A stretch of 64,000 nucleotides of DNA, from positions 6,386,001 through 6,450,000 of the forward strand of contig NC_043016.1 of assembly GCF_006345805.1 (NCBI RefSeq), read 5' to 3'. A program made the position numbers and the translations under genes. The notes under the pieces were generated by a model. The model was not told the DNA's origin. It saw only the letters and a program-made list of their open reading frames with translations, and did no database searches. Source of the stretch: Octopus sinensis (taxonomy: Eukaryota). Shown one piece after another: positions 60,907 through 64,000 of the stretch; the stretch's first letter is position 1; every line of letters starts with the position of its first letter.

Positions 60907-61216
60907 TATATGCATCTATGTATGTTTGTATTCTGCATATTCATGTGTTTGTGTGTTTGTACCTCTGTTTCCTATGTGCATATTTAAATGTGTCTGTATG
61001 GGCTTGTGTGACTATGTACGTGCGTCTATTATGTATGAATGTGTGTCTCCATGTGTCCTTGTGTGTGTGTAAATGGTCATGAGTTGCCATCTCCTTTTGG
61101 TATGCGTATGCTGTGTGTACTTGCCTGTCCAAATTATGTACCTATCTTTCTATTTATCTATCTGTTTACTTACCTATATATATATATTCGTGGCGAGTGA
61201 ATATACAGACAATAAG

Positions 61217-61440
61217 AAGGCGGTGAGCTGGCAGAAACGTTAGCACGCTGGGCGAGATGCGTAGCCGTATTTCATCTGTCATTACATTCCGAGTTCAAAT
61301 TCCGCCGAGGTTGACATTGCCTTTCATTCTTTCGGGGTCGATAAATTAAGTACCAGTTGCGCACTGGGGTCGATGTAATCGACTTAATCCGTTTGTTTGT
61401 CCCCTCTGTGTTTAGCCCCTTGTAGGTAGTAAAGAAATAA
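61217..61440 (+). mobile_element. SINE family E copy
   Basis: Homologous to 5256-5490. Confidence 0.8.
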
Positions 61441-61469
61441 ATATATATATATACTTGCCTACAGAGCAG

Positions 61470-61607
61470 CCTACTAACAAATCTACCTGTGTACATATAA
61501 ACTGTGGGTATTGGGGTACCACTACCTTCTATATGTAGATACATGTTGAAGATGGCGATACCTCAATACCCACAGTCTATATGTACACCGGTAGATTTGT
61601 TAGTAGG
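61470..61607. repeat. Inverted repeat, 49-bp arms, 40-nt spacer
   Basis: cctactaacaaatctacc...ggggta / tacctc...gttagtagg, 3 mismatches. Confidence 0.9.
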
Positions 61608-62512
61608 ATGTTATGTAGGTGAATATATATTTATATAGGAAGGTAAATGGATATGTAGGTAAACAGATAAGTAGATACACAGGTGCATAGGTAATACAGA
61701 TATGCACACACATACACACACATAGATACACAAAAGGAGATGGAAACACATGACCATACACACACACACACACACATGCATACACAAAATGAGTGAGAAA
61801 CCCATGACTATGCACACTCCACTCACAAGGACACGTGGAGGCACACCCACACGTAACGGACGCATGTACATAGTCACACAAATCCATACATATAGACACA
61901 CTCAAACATGCACATACAAGGAGACAGGTACACACAAACACGAACACGAACACACAAACGTACGACTATGCAGAATACATATGGACAAACGTATACACAC
62001 GCATACATATATGCACACGCATACATACATACGTGTATACATATGGACACTGATGCACACATGTGCACAAACAAAAATAATGCAGTTCCAATAATGGACA
62101 GTCAACAACTACCGAAAAGGTTGCAAGAAGCAATGAAAAATCTTTTAGAAAAAAATAAGTAAATGAATGGAAATTGAACTGATGAGTTTGTTAATTAAAT
62201 AAGGCATTAAAGCATTAAACGACTCTCTCCAGACACAATGAAATAGGCTTCAGTACATGAATACATACATACATATATATACATATAGGGGGAGTTTACG
62301 AAAGAAACAAAAGACAAAGACAGGTGGTGTACAAAACAAACAGATGTATTAGTATAACGCTCAGGAATAGAAAAAGTCTTTTACGTTTCGAGCCTATGCT
62401 CTTCTACAGAAAGGGACACAGAAAAAACAAGGAGAGAAAAAAATGTGTGTAGTGGCTAATGATCTATCATGGCGACTAACTCGGACAGAAGGGTCACACA
62501 CCTAAATATATA

Positions 62513-62690
62513 TTTTGTGTCTGGAGAGAGTCATACTGCCTTAATATCTAACACACTCACTGGTTCAATCTCCACTCATTATTTATTTATTTTTGGAATA
62601 CATGGAAAATAAATAAGTAAATGAGTGGAAATTGAACCAGTGAGTGTGTTAATGAGGCATTGAAGCAGAATGACTTTCCCCAGACACAAT
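62513..62690. repeat. Imperfect palindrome of a dispersed repeat end (~85-bp arms)
   Basis: tgtgtctggagagagtc...cactcattatttattt / aaataagtaaatgagtgg...ccccagacaca; same sequence at 56697-56885(+) and 62060-62240(-). Confidence 0.8.
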
Positions 62691-62935
62691 ACGAATTAAC
62701 ATAAAGAATCTTACAAACCAAATACAAAAACAACATATATATCTATATTGGTGTAAAAAGATTGAATTTAGATTCGTCGTTTAATTTGGGGTTATAGTTA
62801 TTACCTAACTGCATCCACATATCTTTATTTCTCATAAAGGTAAATATGAGCCTCTTAGATTCTATTCTACTATTTCCTTTCTCAAATCCTTTGTAAAAAT
62901 TTTGTTTATACTTTTTGCACTGAAGAATACATTGA

Positions 62936-63500
62936 TCATCATCATCATCATCATCGTTTAATGTCTGTTTTCCATGCTAGCACGGGTTGGATGGTTTAAC
63001 TGGGTTCTGGGAAGCCAGGAGGCTGCACCAGGCTCCGGTCTGATCTGGCAGTGTTTCTACAAGTGGATGCCCTTCCTAACGCCAACCACTCCGTAAGTGT
63101 AGTGGGTGCTTTTTATATGCCACCAGCACAGGTGCCAGGGGAGGCTGGCAGCGGCCACGATCAGTTGGTGCTTTTTACATGTCACCGGCACAGAAGCCAG
63201 TCAAAGCAGTGCCGGCATCGGCCATGTTTGGATGGTGCTTTTTCTGTGCCACCGGCACAGGTATCACAACTACAATTTCCATTTGATATTTATTTTGATG
63301 TTGATGTACTTGACTCAGTAGGTCTCCTCAAGCACAGCAAGTCATGTGCCACCAGCACAGAAGCCAGTCAAGGCGGTGCTGGCATCGGCCACGTTTGGAT
63401 GGTGCATTTTACATGTCGCTGGCACAGGTATCACAACTACAATTTCATTTGATATTTATATTGATGTTGATTGTACTTGACTCAATAGGTCTCAAGCACA
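62936..63500 (-). mobile_element. Family A repeat with internal duplication
   Basis: Tail at 62936; ccaccagcacag...cacaactacaatttc segment present twice. Confidence 0.85.
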
Positions 63501-63559
63501 GCAGATCACCCTACGATCCAAGGTACTTTGGATGGGCTGGGGCTATGCGAAACTGGTGC

Positions 63560-63900
63560 AGGAAGCAGCCATGAACTCACATTATTGTCGGGTCTTTGCA
63601 GTCACAGCATATTTCTAGAGATCTCGGTCTTTCGTCATTGCCTCTATGAAGCCCAATGTTCGAAGGTCATGCTTGACTACCTCATCCCATGTCTTCTTGG
63701 GTCTACCTCTACCCCGGATACATTTAACTGTCTGGGAATGACACTTCTTCACACATCTCCTCATCCATCCACAGTATATGACCATACCAGTGCAAATGTC
63801 TCTCTTGCACACCACATCTGATGCTTCTTATGTCCAGCATTTCTCTCTAGGTGCTTACACTCTGTTGTGTGTGCACACTGACATTACACATCCAGCAGAT
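63560..63900 (-). mobile_element. RTE LINE C-terminal fragment
   Basis: Track ORF 63615-63815 GRGRPKKTWDEVVKHDLRTLG. Confidence 0.88.
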
Positions 63901-64000
63901 TGATATATAATTTAATTAATTTAATTTACTTCAATTCAACCATGAAATTGCACGATTTTTATATCTCTGTATGAAACGATTGTCTGTGAATTAATATTCT

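Overview
AT-rich, microsatellite- and transposon-saturated animal genomic DNA, most likely Octopus or another coleoid cephalopod. That taxon call is inferred from the repeat landscape, not from a database search. One host gene is supported: NOC4L (nucleolar complex protein 4 homolog, + strand). Eleven coding exons were traced from 23230 to the stop at 54958 with consistent GT-AG phases, but the N-terminal exons were not found and one exon carries a 1-nt frameshift that is probably an assembly error. The rest is mobile DNA. (i) A Penelope-like retroelement (RT + C-terminal GIY-YIG, - strand, 12493-18066) with inverted ~290-bp termini that contain a hammerhead ribozyme, plus an older internally deleted relative at 1438-3660. 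(ii) Many RTE-clade LINE copies, one nearly full length (57270-60906), with a PHD finger inside the ORF and a composite 3' region whose distal part occurs as >25 dispersed (CAT/GAT)n-tailed copies. (iii) CR1-like and R4/Dong-like LINE remnants. (iv) A DD36E Tc1 remnant, a Tigger-derived MITE, four copies of an 8-bp-TSD MITE and a Helitron-like insert. (v) Three tRNA-like SINE families, tandem arrays and several long hairpins. No rRNA, true tRNA or CRISPR array is supported. TE boundaries are approximate unless a TSD or TIR is cited.
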